A DNA stretch of 64,000 nt from Tubiluchus corallicola. Its lineage: Eukaryota; Animalia; Priapulida. Below are positions 63,152-64,000 of the stretch, piece after piece; the first letter of the stretch is position 1; each line of letters begins with the position of its first letter. The stretch spans positions 434,001 to 498,000 of the forward strand of contig JAQGDQ010000046.1 of NCBI GenBank assembly GCA_030141605.1, written 5' to 3'. Position numbers and translations under genes: made by a program. Under the pieces are notes generated by a model, which did not search any database, had not been told where the DNA came from, and saw only the letters and a program-made list of their open reading frames with translations.

Positions 63152-64000
63152 CTAAATACAGAAAGCAAACATACTGCACACAGCATGGCTGGCACAAAAA
63201 ATCAAGGCTTTTAAAAAGTTGGAAAGCACATTCTTAGATGGCCAATCGTAAGGGTTCCAACCTAACTTCTGTTAATCGAGTAAGTTTAACTTTAAGTATA
63301 AAAAAAACTATGAAACTTGACACATGTCACATAATAAGTATGTTTAAAAAACCTTTTGATAAATGCTGAAGAAACTCTTACACTTCATTACACTCCTTCA
63401 CAATAAACTATAATAAACTGAAATATCTGAATGCATAATGTATAATGTACGAAGCTATGTACATATTCTAAAAATCTGTTAAGTTAAATGACAAAGTATG
63501 CAGGAAACTGTAATTCAAAATTTCACAGACATGCTTGTAAAATTGAGTCAATAGGAATTTTATTGCTATGTCTACTATTTGATAATTAGTGAACGTGAAT
63601 GCCACGACTACATGTAGATATAGCCACACTGTGACAGAGATGCTAATATTTTTAAATTGGGAATATAAAGCAGGAAACACCAAGAGGACAAAAAGTCTAA
63701 CACTAAATTACTGCTGTCGGTATTTCAATCATATAAATGTGAAGTTTGAAATAGAGTCTGTCGATTAGCTAAGATGTGAAATAGTTAAACATCATGCAGC
63801 ATTCGGTAAGAGAAATCCTCACACAGTGTGGTAGGTGATTATATAGAAGCACTAAACATGCTGCATTATGAACGCTCCGTCCTGTTACGGTAAATAAACA
63901 GCTCAATGGTTCCACTTACGCGGGTTTACATTGTTACTGTTTTCGGTTAATCACCAACAAATTCAGTCCGCTAGTACATTCATGTAAACTGTAAAGCCTG

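Overview
AT-rich, intron-rich DNA from an invertebrate animal (organism not identifiable from the sequence alone). It holds three protein-coding genes. (1) 1-463 (+): the 3' end of an NR3 (ER/ERR-like) nuclear-receptor ligand-binding domain. (2) 5388-9020 (-): a six-exon nuclear-receptor-like gene with an RXR-type zinc-finger DNA-binding domain, an atypical P-box and no ligand-binding domain. (3) 16398-63151+ (-): a polycystin-1-like (PKD1L/REJ family) gene whose 5' end lies beyond the window. I reconstructed 33 GT-AG exons of it by hand; the phases are consistent and give about 2190 aa (REJ-GAIN/GPS-TM1-PLAT-TMs-TOP-channel). The most unusual feature is an insertion of about 375 aa in the extracellular GAIN region just before the GPS. 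It consists of a 32-cysteine segment with helix-compatible spacing, a Thr/Glu linker and a second complete PLAT/LH2 domain on the extracellular side. Two inverted copies of a pogo/Tigger-like repeat sit right beside the outer splice sites of the in-frame exon block that carries this insertion. Introns and intergenic DNA contain decayed LINEs, a Penelope remnant, hAT/pogo-type MITEs, foldback-like repeats and microsatellites. Gene models are manual, with no transcript evidence. Family assignments come from motif recognition, not database searches.
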